Shown here: piece after piece, positions 7,339-15,307 of the stretch | How the letters are laid out: every line of letters begins with the position of its first letter | How positions within the stretch are numbered: the stretch's first letter is position 1 | Assembly (NCBI RefSeq): GCF_036422035.1 | Contig: NZ_JAZGQK010000003.1 | Span: 504,046 to 536,045, forward strand | Length of the DNA stretch: 32,000 nucleotides | From: Plantactinospora sonchi | Lineage (GTDB): Bacteria; Actinomycetota; Actinomycetes; Mycobacteriales; Micromonosporaceae | Direction: 5' to 3' | The notes under the pieces: generated by a model | Seen by the model: only the letters and a program-made list of their open reading frames with translations | Told to the model about the DNA's origin: nothing | Database searches by the model: none | Program-made: the position numbers and the translations under genes

Positions 7339-7914
7339 TCAATCCTGATCGCTGGCAACTGCTCGCGACTGGTGGACGAGCCGGGCTGCGGTCTCGAACG
7401 CCGCCGTCCAGGGGAAGACTTTCTGTCGGTCGTTGCCGCTGCCGGGTGGGTGGGGCTCCCACCCGTCGTCTTCGCCGAGCAGGATGCGTACGTGTTCGTG
7501 GCGGAGGTCTGCCACGGCGCGTTGGAAGGGTGCGCGGGTGGCCAGGGCGGCGTTGACGAACGGGACGATGACTGCTGGTACCTGGCGTCCGATCAGTTCG
7601 GCGACTGAGGTCATGGCGTAGTTGTCGGCGATGCCGAGGGCGATCTTGTTGATGGAGTTGTAGGTCGCGGGGGCGATGACGAGGGCGTCGGGGGCGGGAA
7701 GCGTGCGGCGGCCTCCTGGAGACGTCTGGTAGGTAAATCTGATCGGGTGTCCGGTCATCGTCTCGATCGTTTCGGTGTTGATGAAGTCGATGGCGCTGGG
7801 GGTGGCGGTGACCGCCGCCGTCCAGGATCTCTGCTTGGCTGTAGCGATCAGTTGCGTCACGTCGGTGGCGGGGCCGGCTCCGCAGACGACAATTTGAAGG
7901 TGGCCGGCGGTCAT
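7339..7914 (-). CDS. HFCD/CoaC-like flavoprotein
   Basis: From ATG at 7914 it reads MTAGHLQIVVCGAGPA (Rossmann-like start). PATYNSINKIALGIADN corresponds to the PA(S/T)ANT-x-xK-x-AxGIxDN signature of the flavoprotein (PF02441-type) family. Its ATG overlaps the TGA of the upstream regulator (ATGA at 7914-7911). Confidence 0.75.
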   Translation of the reverse strand: MTAGHLQIVVCGAGPATDVTQLIATAKQRSWTAAVTATPSAIDFINTETIETMTGHPIRFTYQTSPGGRRTLPAPDALVIAPATYNSINKIALGIADNYAMTSVAELIGRQVPAVIVPFVNAALATRAPFQRAVADLRHEHVRILLGEDDGWEPHPPGSGNDRQKVFPWTAAFETAARLVHQSRAVASDQD

Positions 7915-9257
7915 ACCGGGATCCCGATGCGGTGGGCGAACTCGATGACCTCGGTGCGGACGTGGCCCCGGCTGAGGGCCGCGAGGTCGCCGGCGATCCG
8001 CTGAACCGCTGGCCGGCATCGGAGTTCTTCGGGCGCCACGTCGTACGCGATGCGCAAGACGTTGAGGCCGTGTTCGTAGCGTCCCCATTGCGTGTAGGCG
8101 CGTGCCACGTCGACGAACAGCGAGGCTTTGCGTTCGGCGAGGTGGATCTTGTCCAGTGGCACCTGACGGGCGAGGGCGATCGCGGTTCCGGCGTCGCCGA
8201 GGGCCAGGGCGATGTTGACCTGGTGGAGCTGAACGTTCGTGGCGCCGAAGCCGGTCCACCTGTCGTTGCCGTCGTAGCCGAGCCGCGCGGCGGCACGGGT
8301 GGCCTCGTCGATCATGGCTTGCGCGCTGTCCCGGTCGTCGCTGCGTGCGGCGGCGATCGCACCGCGGAGCAGGAGGGCGCCGTAGACGGCCACCTGGTCG
8401 GTGGACCTGAGGTGGGTGTCCCGTTCGAGGGTGCCGGCCGCGTTCTCGGCCAGGTTCCTTGCCTGCCTGGTGTGGCCGTTGCTCATGAGGGCGTGGGTCA
8501 TGATCCGCGCGCTGGTGGCGATTGCCACCGGGTCCTGGCTGGCCGCGCCGGCGTGGGCGCTTCTCTCGGCCGCGACCAGGGCCATGCCCCGGTCACCGAC
8601 CTTGAGTAGCACGCTGCCGACGACGTGGTACAGGTCGCTGGTCAGGGCGTCGATCCGGGTCCGCTGGTCGCCCTCGGCTTCCGCCCGGGTCGGTGCCAGA
8701 GCGGGTAGCAGGGTCGCGAGACGACCGAGAACCTGCTCGTACCGGCACGCCTGATAGGCGGCCTTCGCGGTGGCCACGTCGCGAGCGAAGTCTCGAAGTG
8801 GCAGGGCAACCGGCTCGGCGGGCCCAACTGTCGGCGCTGAGACCAGCGCGTCGAGTAGCGGCGTGACGCCGGGCAGGGCAGCCATGCCGCCGACCGTCGC
8901 ACCTTGTAGGAACTGTCTACGCTGCACGTCACCGTCCGACTCGACACCGTCGTTGTCCCTGCCAGTATCGGCGTCCAAAGCGGCCGGCGGTCTGGTGGTA
9001 GCGGCAAGTGCACCACTGGTGCCCTGTCCCCGTAGGGCCTCGAAGCGTTCCAGAACGTCGGGGGCGGCCCGGGCGAGCACCGTGTCGAGCGCGGCCTGCA
9101 TGTCGGCACGTAGTTGGATGTTCTCGCCCTGGCTGCTCCACTTGGCCACCGTGCGTCGGGCCGCGCCCAGGTGTTCGGCGAAGCCGGTGACGCTCATTCG
9201 TAACGCTCTCCGCAGGGCGTTTGCGTCCTGGCCGGTCCAGTTGGTCACTGTGGCCAT
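7911..9257 (-). CDS. XRE-type HTH regulator with a long TPR-like helical C-terminal domain
   Basis: N-terminus NWTGQDANALRRALRMSVTGFAEHLGAARRTVAKWSSQG is an XRE/Cro-like HTH. The remaining roughly 350 aa are Ala/Leu-rich helical repeats (ALALGDAGTAIALA, DVARAYTQWGRYEHGLNVL). Confidence 0.75.
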   Translation of the reverse strand: MATVTNWTGQDANALRRALRMSVTGFAEHLGAARRTVAKWSSQGENIQLRADMQAALDTVLARAAPDVLERFEALRGQGTSGALAATTRPPAALDADTGRDNDGVESDGDVQRRQFLQGATVGGMAALPGVTPLLDALVSAPTVGPAEPVALPLRDFARDVATAKAAYQACRYEQVLGRLATLLPALAPTRAEAEGDQRTRIDALTSDLYHVVGSVLLKVGDRGMALVAAERSAHAGAASQDPVAIATSARIMTHALMSNGHTRQARNLAENAAGTLERDTHLRSTDQVAVYGALLLRGAIAAARSDDRDSAQAMIDEATRAAARLGYDGNDRWTGFGATNVQLHQVNIALALGDAGTAIALARQVPLDKIHLAERKASLFVDVARAYTQWGRYEHGLNVLRIAYDVAPEELRCRPAVQRIAGDLAALSRGHVRTEVIEFAHRIGIPV

Positions 9258-9613
9258 CGGATGTCCTCTCGATGGGACAGGTCAGCGTGCCGATCGTAGC
9301 GTCACATGGCGTGCCGGCGGGTGCACCGCGAGTGCACCGCGGGGACATTCCCCATCGTCACGCTCCCCGGCCATTCTGAACCGGCCAGTCGCCTTCTCGT
9401 GACGAATAGGCGCTGCCGCCACCCCTCACGGATTCCATCAGGGAGCGCAGGAATGAAGCACGTAGCCATTCGAGGCCAGAAGCTTTTGACGCGTCGGCCG
9501 ATGGGGTCCCCAGAGACTCGCACGCGTGTGCCCGTGACTCCCCGTCTGCGTACTGCCACCAGGGCTGCGCGGGCGGGTGACTGGCGGTCTGCTCCCAGCC
9601 GCCGCCCGGCGGC

Positions 9614-9645
9614 GGTGGGCTCGCCTTTCCCCAGGCGAGCCCACC
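9614..9645. promoter_or_regulatory. perfect 12-bp inverted repeat upstream of the RiPP operon
   Basis: GGTGGGCTCGCC (9614-9625) pairs with GGCGAGCCCACC (9634-9645) across an 8-nt loop. It ends 34 nt upstream of the ATG at 9680, in the divergent intergenic region shared with the XRE/TPR regulator. Confidence 0.3.
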
Positions 9646-9679
9646 GCTTGCCGGCGCCTACCTGTTTCGGGAGGCGGCC

Positions 9680-9847
9680 ATGACGGTGTACGTCTCGCGC
9701 AACGCGACGACGGGCGAACCGTGGCGTCCGGAGCCGCCGAAACCCGCTGGTCCGCTCGAGTTGGAGCGGATAACCGAGCCGCCGCTGCTCACCCACGTGT
9801 GGCGTCAGCATTTCGAACGGCAGGCCCGGCAGGAGATGCGCCGATGA
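9680..9847 (+). CDS. small ORF (55 aa) not in the supplied ORF track
   Basis: GGGAGG sits 6 nt upstream of the ATG. It translates as MTVYVSRNATTGEPWRPEPPKPAGPLELERITEPPLLTHVWRQHFERQARQEMRR, with mostly G/C at third codon positions. Its TGA overlaps the next ATG (ATGA at 9844-9847). Confidence 0.4.
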   Translation: MTVYVSRNATTGEPWRPEPPKPAGPLELERITEPPLLTHVWRQHFERQARQEMRR

Positions 9848-10209
9848 CCGAAGCCCACCCAGACGCCGTACCCGCGCGCCGCCACACCTCGAAGCAGGGA
9901 GAACAACCGCAGAGAGAGCACCTCCCGCTGCGTCCGCTCTGGCTGTGCCGGACCTGCGGTCAGCCCTGGCCCTGCGGGCGGGCGAAGCTGGATCTCCTGG
10001 CCGAATACGAGGGCAGCCGGGTCGGCCTGTGCCTCTACCTGGCCACCCTGCTCTGCGGCGCCATCGATGATCTGCACAGACTCAACCCGAGCGCTACGGG
10101 AAGCACCGCCGGTCTGTTCGACAGGTTCCTTGGCTGGCCACGCGCACCCCACCCACCAGTACCCGACGACCACAACGACCAGGTACAGGCCGGGGAGGCA
10201 GGATCATGA
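9844..10209 (+). CDS. hypothetical protein with a CRTCGQPWPC motif
   Basis: From ATG at 9844 it reads MTEAHPD...LWLCRTCGQPWPCGRAKLDLLAEY. ATGA overlaps occur at both ends, so the gene is coupled to its neighbours. The track ORF starts at 9577, but that upstream part is Arg/Ala-rich and overlaps the small ORF. Confidence 0.55.
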   Translation: MTEAHPDAVPARRHTSKQGEQPQREHLPLRPLWLCRTCGQPWPCGRAKLDLLAEYEGSRVGLCLYLATLLCGAIDDLHRLNPSATGSTAGLFDRFLGWPRAPHPPVPDDHNDQVQAGEAGS

Positions 10210-11327
10210 GCGGCATCGGTGTCATCACCGCCGACGGGCGGGCAGCCATAGCCCGCACCTTCCACACCCTGGTACTGCAGCCCACCAGCTTCTGCAACCT
10301 GGACTGCACCTATTGCTACCTGCCCGACCGACAATCCCGAAGGCTCATGACGGTCCCGGTCGCCGCAGAGTCCGCCCGATCCGTCAAGGAACAGGCAAGC
10401 CCCTATCCGGTAAGCGTGGTGTGGCACGGAGGCGAGCCCACCACAACACCTCTCGACACCTTCCGGGAACTGCTCGCCCCGTTCGAGAAACTGAGGCAGG
10501 CCGGACAGGTACGCCACGAAATCCAGACCAACGCCACCCTCATCAACCAGCGGTGGTGTGACCTGTTCACTGCCTACGAGTTCGAGATCGGGGTCAGCAT
10601 CGACGGCCCCGGCGCCCTGAACCGCAACAGACTCGACCGGGCCGGAAAATCGACAACGGCCCGGACCATCCGAGGGATACAGGCGCTCGCCGAAGCAGGA
10701 TTGCCGTATTCGGTGATCTGCGTCGTCACCCCGGAAACCATCGACCAAGCCGACGACCTCATCGACTTTTTCACCAACCTACCCGGGTGCCGCTCCGTGG
10801 GCTTCAACATCGAGGAACAGGAAGGCGCCGGGCGGACACCGGTGTCGGAGGAGGCCGCGTACCGGTTCTGGCACCAACTCGTCCAGCGCCGGATCGACGG
10901 CAGCCCGCTACCCATCCGCGATCTGGACCGCCTGGCCGACTACCTCACCGCCACCCGCGCCGGGCTCGTCGACGACGCCCCGTACGAACCGATCCCCACC
11001 ATCTCCTGGGACGGGCACGTGGTCCTCCTGTCACCAGAACTCCTCGGAATCAAGGACCCGCAGTACGGAGACTTCGTCGCAGGCAACGTTCTCCATGAAC
11101 CGATCGGCGACATCCTGGCCCGGGCCGGCAACCTGCGGTACGTCACCGAGTTCATCGCGGGACTCAACGAATGCGCGGACCATTGCACGTTCTACGACTT
11201 CTGCCGGGGTGCCCAGGCCGGCAACCGCTACTTCGAGCACCACACCTTCACCGCCCGGGAGACCAACTACTGCCGCACCACCCGGCAGGCCCTTGTCCGC
11301 GCCACCGCAAACCACCTCGCCAGCTAG
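10206..11327 (+). CDS. radical SAM/SPASM-domain peptide maturase (cyclophane/triceptide-type suspected)
   Basis: CNLDCTYC is the CX3CX2C radical-SAM cluster motif near the N-terminus. The C-terminal Cys-rich region CADHCTFYDFCRGAQAGNRYFEH...NYCR is typical of a SPASM domain. It lies immediately upstream of a short precursor-like ORF. Confidence 0.85.
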   Translation: MSGIGVITADGRAAIARTFHTLVLQPTSFCNLDCTYCYLPDRQSRRLMTVPVAAESARSVKEQASPYPVSVVWHGGEPTTTPLDTFRELLAPFEKLRQAGQVRHEIQTNATLINQRWCDLFTAYEFEIGVSIDGPGALNRNRLDRAGKSTTARTIRGIQALAEAGLPYSVICVVTPETIDQADDLIDFFTNLPGCRSVGFNIEEQEGAGRTPVSEEAAYRFWHQLVQRRIDGSPLPIRDLDRLADYLTATRAGLVDDAPYEPIPTISWDGHVVLLSPELLGIKDPQYGDFVAGNVLHEPIGDILARAGNLRYVTEFIAGLNECADHCTFYDFCRGAQAGNRYFEHHTFTARETNYCRTTRQALVRATANHLAS

Positions 11328-11337
11328 GAGGACCACC

Positions 11338-11520
11338 GTGACCAACGCCCTCGCGAGCCTCGTGGACGCCACGCCGGAGCACCTCGCACGTTTCGGCGTC
11401 GAGCCGCTCCGGACGATAGCGTCGATCGACGCGGCCAAGTTCGACAACCGACCCACCTGGAGCAACAAGGGCGGGTTCGACAGCCGCCCCGGCTGGGACA
11501 ACTGGAACAAGAAGAAATGA
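11338..11520 (+). CDS. RiPP precursor peptide (60 aa) with repeated aromatic-x-(N/S/K) motifs
   Basis: AGGAGG lies 7 nt upstream of GTG at 11338. Sequence: VTNALASLVDATPEHLARFGVEPLRTIASIDAAKFDNRPTWSNKGGFDSRPGWDNWNKKK. The C-terminal core contains FDN, WSN, FDS, WDN and WNK. Confidence 0.6.
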   Translation: MTNALASLVDATPEHLARFGVEPLRTIASIDAAKFDNRPTWSNKGGFDSRPGWDNWNKKK

Positions 11521-11596
11521 CCTGCTGACCCAGGGAGTATGCAAACGATCGCGGGGTGGCGCCGCCACCCCGCGCCCCTAACCAGACTGAGGATTC

Positions 11597-12259
11597 ATGC
11601 GGACAACCACCATCGGTGATGTAAAGGTCCTGCTCCCGGACCTCGACCCGGAAGATCTTGACAACGTCACCGACCCAGCGAGCGACCTCACCGAGGCCAG
11701 CATCGAGGGCGTCTCCTGGCGAAGCGTCCAACTGGAAGACATCAGCATCCGTAGCAGCCGGATCGCCGGCGCGGACCTCAGCGAAAGTACCTGGGAAGCC
11801 GGAGCCATCTGGGGCAGCGAAATCACCCGCACCGACCTCTCCGGCTCGACCCTGTCCGGAATCACCATCGAACGCTGCGCGTTCACCGGCTCGCGGTTCA
11901 CCGGTACCCGGCTGACCGACGTACGCCTCAAAGACGTCCTCTTCGACGGCTGCCGCTTCGACTACGCCACCTTCCAACGCGTCGTCGCCGCTGGAGCCAC
12001 GGCCTTCACCGACTGCACGCTCGCCAACGGCACGTGGTCCTCCTGCCGACTACCCAAAATCGTCATCAGGTCCTGCCAGTTGACCGACCTTGAACTCGAT
12101 TCCTGCCAGCTTCAGGGCGCTGACCTCCGGGGCAACCGCCTGCACGATCTGAAGACGGCACTCGTCAACCTGCACGGGGTCACCCTCGGCCAAGAACAAC
12201 TCCCCGAGCTCACCCAGCTGGTCATCGCGGAGCTACGCGTTGACGTGCGGGCCGACTGA
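11597..12259 (+). CDS. pentapeptide-repeat protein
   Basis: Tandem A(D/N)LxX-type pentads run throughout (ADLSESTWEAGAIWGSEITRTDLSGSTLSGITIERCAFTGSRFTGTRLTDVRLKDVLFDGCRFDYATF...ADLRGNRLHDL). Confidence 0.8.
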   Translation: MRTTTIGDVKVLLPDLDPEDLDNVTDPASDLTEASIEGVSWRSVQLEDISIRSSRIAGADLSESTWEAGAIWGSEITRTDLSGSTLSGITIERCAFTGSRFTGTRLTDVRLKDVLFDGCRFDYATFQRVVAAGATAFTDCTLANGTWSSCRLPKIVIRSCQLTDLELDSCQLQGADLRGNRLHDLKTALVNLHGVTLGQEQLPELTQLVIAELRVDVRAD

Positions 12260-12364
12260 ACGCGGGGGCCGAGGTGCCCGATACTCGGCGACAACTGGCA
12301 CCGCGCCCGGCCTGACGAACGCGTCGCCGCTCTCACCGCCGGCCGGGGCCGCCCTTCCGGGGAG

Positions 12365-13021
12365 TTAGCCGGCCGACTCGTTGTGCTTGCGGACGAGTTC
12401 GGGCAGTTCGGCCAGTGAGTCGAGTTGGAGCAGGCAGCGGTCGGTGACCGCGTGGTCGTCGAGGATGTACCCCCACGGGCCGCGACGGACCAGGGCGGTT
12501 GCGATCCCCGCCTCCTGCGCTGGCCGGATGTCGTTGTCCAGCCGGTCGCCGACGTAGAGCACCTGGCCTGCCGGGCAGCCGGCCTCGGCGATGACTCGTT
12601 CGAAGAACGCCGTGGACGGCTTCTCCACACCCCAGTCGTCCGATGTGCCGATTACCTCGACCGGCAGGTCCAGGGCGCGCAGGATTGTCTCCGCCCGCGC
12701 GGTCTGGTTGCCGGCCAGGCCGACGCGTAGCCCTGCCTCGCGCAGTGCGGTCAAGCACGGCCGGGCATCCGGGTACAGGTCCTCCTCGGTGAACGACTCC
12801 GGCTGTCCCGCGGCGGCCCGGCGCTCCCGTTCCACGGTCAGGTCGAACCCCGGCTGGAACACCTGGAACGTCTCCCGGTAGTCGAGGCCGCGAGCGATCA
12901 CCGACCCGAAGACGGCCGAGAAGGTGTGGCGCGGTACGCCGAGCCAGTCCGCCCAGGTCCCGTACTCCCGGGACTCGTCGACGATCGTCTCGCCCACATT
13001 GAAGAACACGCTCGCGATCAC
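12365..13021 (-). CDS. HAD-superfamily hydrolase (motif I reads FFNVGET, with Asn where the nucleophilic Asp is expected)
   Basis: From GTG at 13021. HAD motifs are present: VGLAGNQ (II), EKPS (III Lys) and YVGDRLDNDI (IV). The part of the track ORF upstream of 13021 is Arg/Pro-rich and does not look coding. Confidence 0.75.
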   Translation of the reverse strand: MIASVFFNVGETIVDESREYGTWADWLGVPRHTFSAVFGSVIARGLDYRETFQVFQPGFDLTVERERRAAAGQPESFTEEDLYPDARPCLTALREAGLRVGLAGNQTARAETILRALDLPVEVIGTSDDWGVEKPSTAFFERVIAEAGCPAGQVLYVGDRLDNDIRPAQEAGIATALVRRGPWGYILDDHAVTDRCLLQLDSLAELPELVRKHNESAG

Positions 13022-14142
13022 CCCTTGATTGTGCCCCGGGCACGCAGAATGATCTACGGGGGTCTGTGTGTCCAGAGCCGCCTGGGCGCAAACGGGCGGG
13101 CTTGGCTCGCCAGCGACGACCGCGAGCACAGGCGGGCGGAGCTTCGCGGAAAGGCAGGCGCACTTGCGCTCTCCGGACAGTGGGCACCGCCGTCGAACCA
13201 CGATGTACCCGCCCGGACGGACCAGTCCGTGTCTGCGCGATCGACTCTGCAGGTCGGGCCTGTGAGCTGAATCGCAGCAGCTGAATGGCCTTGACAAGGG
13301 CGGCAAGCCGAGAGGTACTGGATGAACGTTCCCCGTGCGGCGGTTCTGCGCCGGGCCATATAGGTCGATGCGTGGGTGCTCCGACGGAGCGCTTGCTTTC
13401 GTTCTGGGCCCGCGTGATCGGGTCGGTCGACCGGGTGCCGAGCGAGCTACAGGAGGGGCAAGATGAAGGATCTCTTCCCGGCGGGTTAGCCGAGGCTCTA
13501 CCCGGCCGCCGCAGTGCCGAGCGGCCGTAGGAGCGCCCTGTCACGGGTTGTGGACGTGCGTACCGGTGCCAACGCCATCCGCCCTGTCTATCGCTGTCCA
13601 CCTTCGTCTGCGCGACCGCGCTGCTCGCGGTCGTGCCGACTGCAGCTGCCCTGATTCGCCTCATGCCGGCCGGTGCGCCGGTCTACGCGTTCGTTGACAT
13701 CTCCACAGTGATAGCTCCTTTGGCCGCGTCCGCGCGGCCCGCCCCGCCGGGCGTAACCCGGCAGGGCGCCGGCTACCCGCCGCGCGGCTCCACTCGGCCG
13801 CGCGGCGGGTACGGCCGGCGACCACACGAGGCGCCGTGACTGTCGGCGCCGTCCAGACTTCGACCAAGGAGTTGTGTTGTTCTCCCGTTGCTTCACCTCG
13901 CCGCCTCGTCCACGGACCGATGGCGGTGACAGATCCCGGCTTGACCTCGGTTCGGGCGTCCGTGTTGACGTCCGGGTTGGGGTCAGTCTTCAACCGGACC
14001 CCCGAACTGACCCCCGACTATCGCTCACACCGCAGGTCACGGCGTCTGTCAGCACCTGCTGCTTGTCCTGCGAGAGACCCTGCATGGCCTCGGGTCTCTC
14101 CCCCGGCACCCCGCCTCATGAGGATCGACGAGGAGGTGAAAT

Positions 14143-15032
14143 TTGGTGGATGACCCCGTCCTTCGCGTGCAGTCCCAGCTCACCGACCGCGACCGGATAC
14201 TGCTGAACTGGTTGTACGACCACGGGGTGCTGACCTCGTTCCAGATCGCCCACGCACTGTTCCCGTCATTGGACTTCTGCCAACGCCGGCTGCGCACGCT
14301 GCATCGGCTACGGCTCGTGGGCCGGTTCCGGCCCCAGCGCGCCGACGGCGGCTCGTACCCGTACCACTACGTCATCGACCAGCTCGGCGCCGAAGTCGTC
14401 GCCGCAGCCCGCGACGAGCGGCCCCCACGCCGCGATCACGCCCGTGCCGAACGGCGACGTTGGACCTCCAGCCGCGCCCTGGCGCACCGGCTCGGGATCA
14501 ACAGCTTCTTCACCGACCTGGCCGGCCACGCCCGTACCCACCCTGAGGCGGAACTGCGCCGGTGGTTGCCGGAGTCGGCATCCGGCCGAGCCGGAGCCTT
14601 CACAAGACCGGACGATCCGGGGCTGGTGCGCGCCTACCAACCCCGGGTACGGCCGGATGGTACGGCCTGTGGGTCGAGGACGGCACCGAGGTGCCGATTT
14701 TCGTCGAGTACGACTCGGGCGGCGAGCAGCTGTCGGTCCTGCTCGGCAAACTGGCCGGGTACCAGGAACTGTTCGCCACCATCGGACGGGCGTGGCCGGT
14801 GCTGTTCTGGCTGCACTCCGCGGCCCGGGAACGCAACCTGCGGCGCATGCTCGCCGAGGCACCATCCCTGCTGCCGATCGCCACCGGCGCCCGCGATCAC
14901 GCCGCCTCAGCGAGGCTCTCTCCGGCTGACGCCGTCTGGGCCATCGCGCACGGCGACAGCGAGAGGTACCGGCTGGTTGACCTCGCCGCGTACGTCGTCG
15001 ACCTGCGACACGAATCGCCGCAGGCGGCATGA
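14143..15032 (+). pseudogene. replication-relaxation family gene disrupted by a 1-nt frameshift near 14659-14661
   Basis: The N-terminal part in frame 1 (DRDRILLNWLYDHGVLTSFQIAHALFPSLDFCQRRLRTLHRLRLVGRFRP...YHYVIDQLG) runs up to ...VRPDG. The family-typical continuation YGLWVEDGTEVPIFVEYDSGGEQLSVLLGKLAGYQELF...WPVLFWLHS is in the next reading frame (track ORF 14562-15032). After the shift, frame 1 turns into Arg/Pro/Ser-rich nonsense. Confidence 0.7.
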
Positions 15033-15307
15033 ACAGTGCCATCCGATCACCAAGAGGCGGCCCATACCTCGCCGGCTCCGCTGACAGCAAGAGCGGGGAT
15101 CTGTCACCCGTCTGTCACGGCGAGAGCTGCCAGCGCGGACAGTCCCCTGACAGATCCGGATCCCTTCCGACAGCACCCTTCCCGAGGTATCGTCCCGCGT
15201 CTTCGCCCGGGCGCTACCCACGCCTATGCGCGATCGTCCCATGATTACCAGTTTGAGAGGTACGGACATGATCTTCGTCCCCATGCAGGCCAGTTTGGCG
15301 GCCGTCG

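Noticed and set aside
7339-7914. The flavoprotein as a LanD-like decarboxylase acting on the RiPP precursor
   Set aside because: The precursor (11338-11520) contains no cysteine and ends in KKK, so the known HFCD Cys-decarboxylation chemistry has no substrate here.
6977-8296. Long Arg/Pro/Ser-rich ORFs on the track (for example 6977-8296 -, 12333-13664 -, 24631-26109 -, 26682-27902 -, 1275-2126 +, 31089-31991 +)
   Set aside because: They are low-complexity Arg/Pro/Ala/Ser translations lying out of frame or antisense to ORFs with clear family motifs. These are typical shadow ORFs of high-G+C DNA.
9306-9683. Track ORF 9306-9683 (+), and an ATG at 9453 with a GGAG upstream, in the regulator/RiPP intergenic region
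   Set aside because: The translation is Arg/Pro-rich with no coding-like periodicity. The region more plausibly holds the divergent promoters and the 12-bp inverted repeat.
13369-13392. A possible fourth copy of the GGGTGCTCG motif (gggtgctccgacggagcgcttg), plus a ggggtgctc at 3104-3112
   Set aside because: Only the first roughly 14 nt resemble the 33-nt motif. The second GTGCTCGG and the CGTTGGAC parts are absent, so the match is too short to distinguish from chance.
13531-13839. A possible small secreted protein (…LSLSTFVCATALLAVVPTAAALIRLMPAGAPVYAFVDISTVIAPLAAS…) in the gene-poor gap
   Set aside because: Third-position G/C is fairly high, but the hydrophobic N-terminal part has no ATG/GTG/TTG start upstream of it (the first is GTG at 13633). 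The C-terminal half is Arg/Pro/Gly-rich. The evidence is not sufficient for a call.
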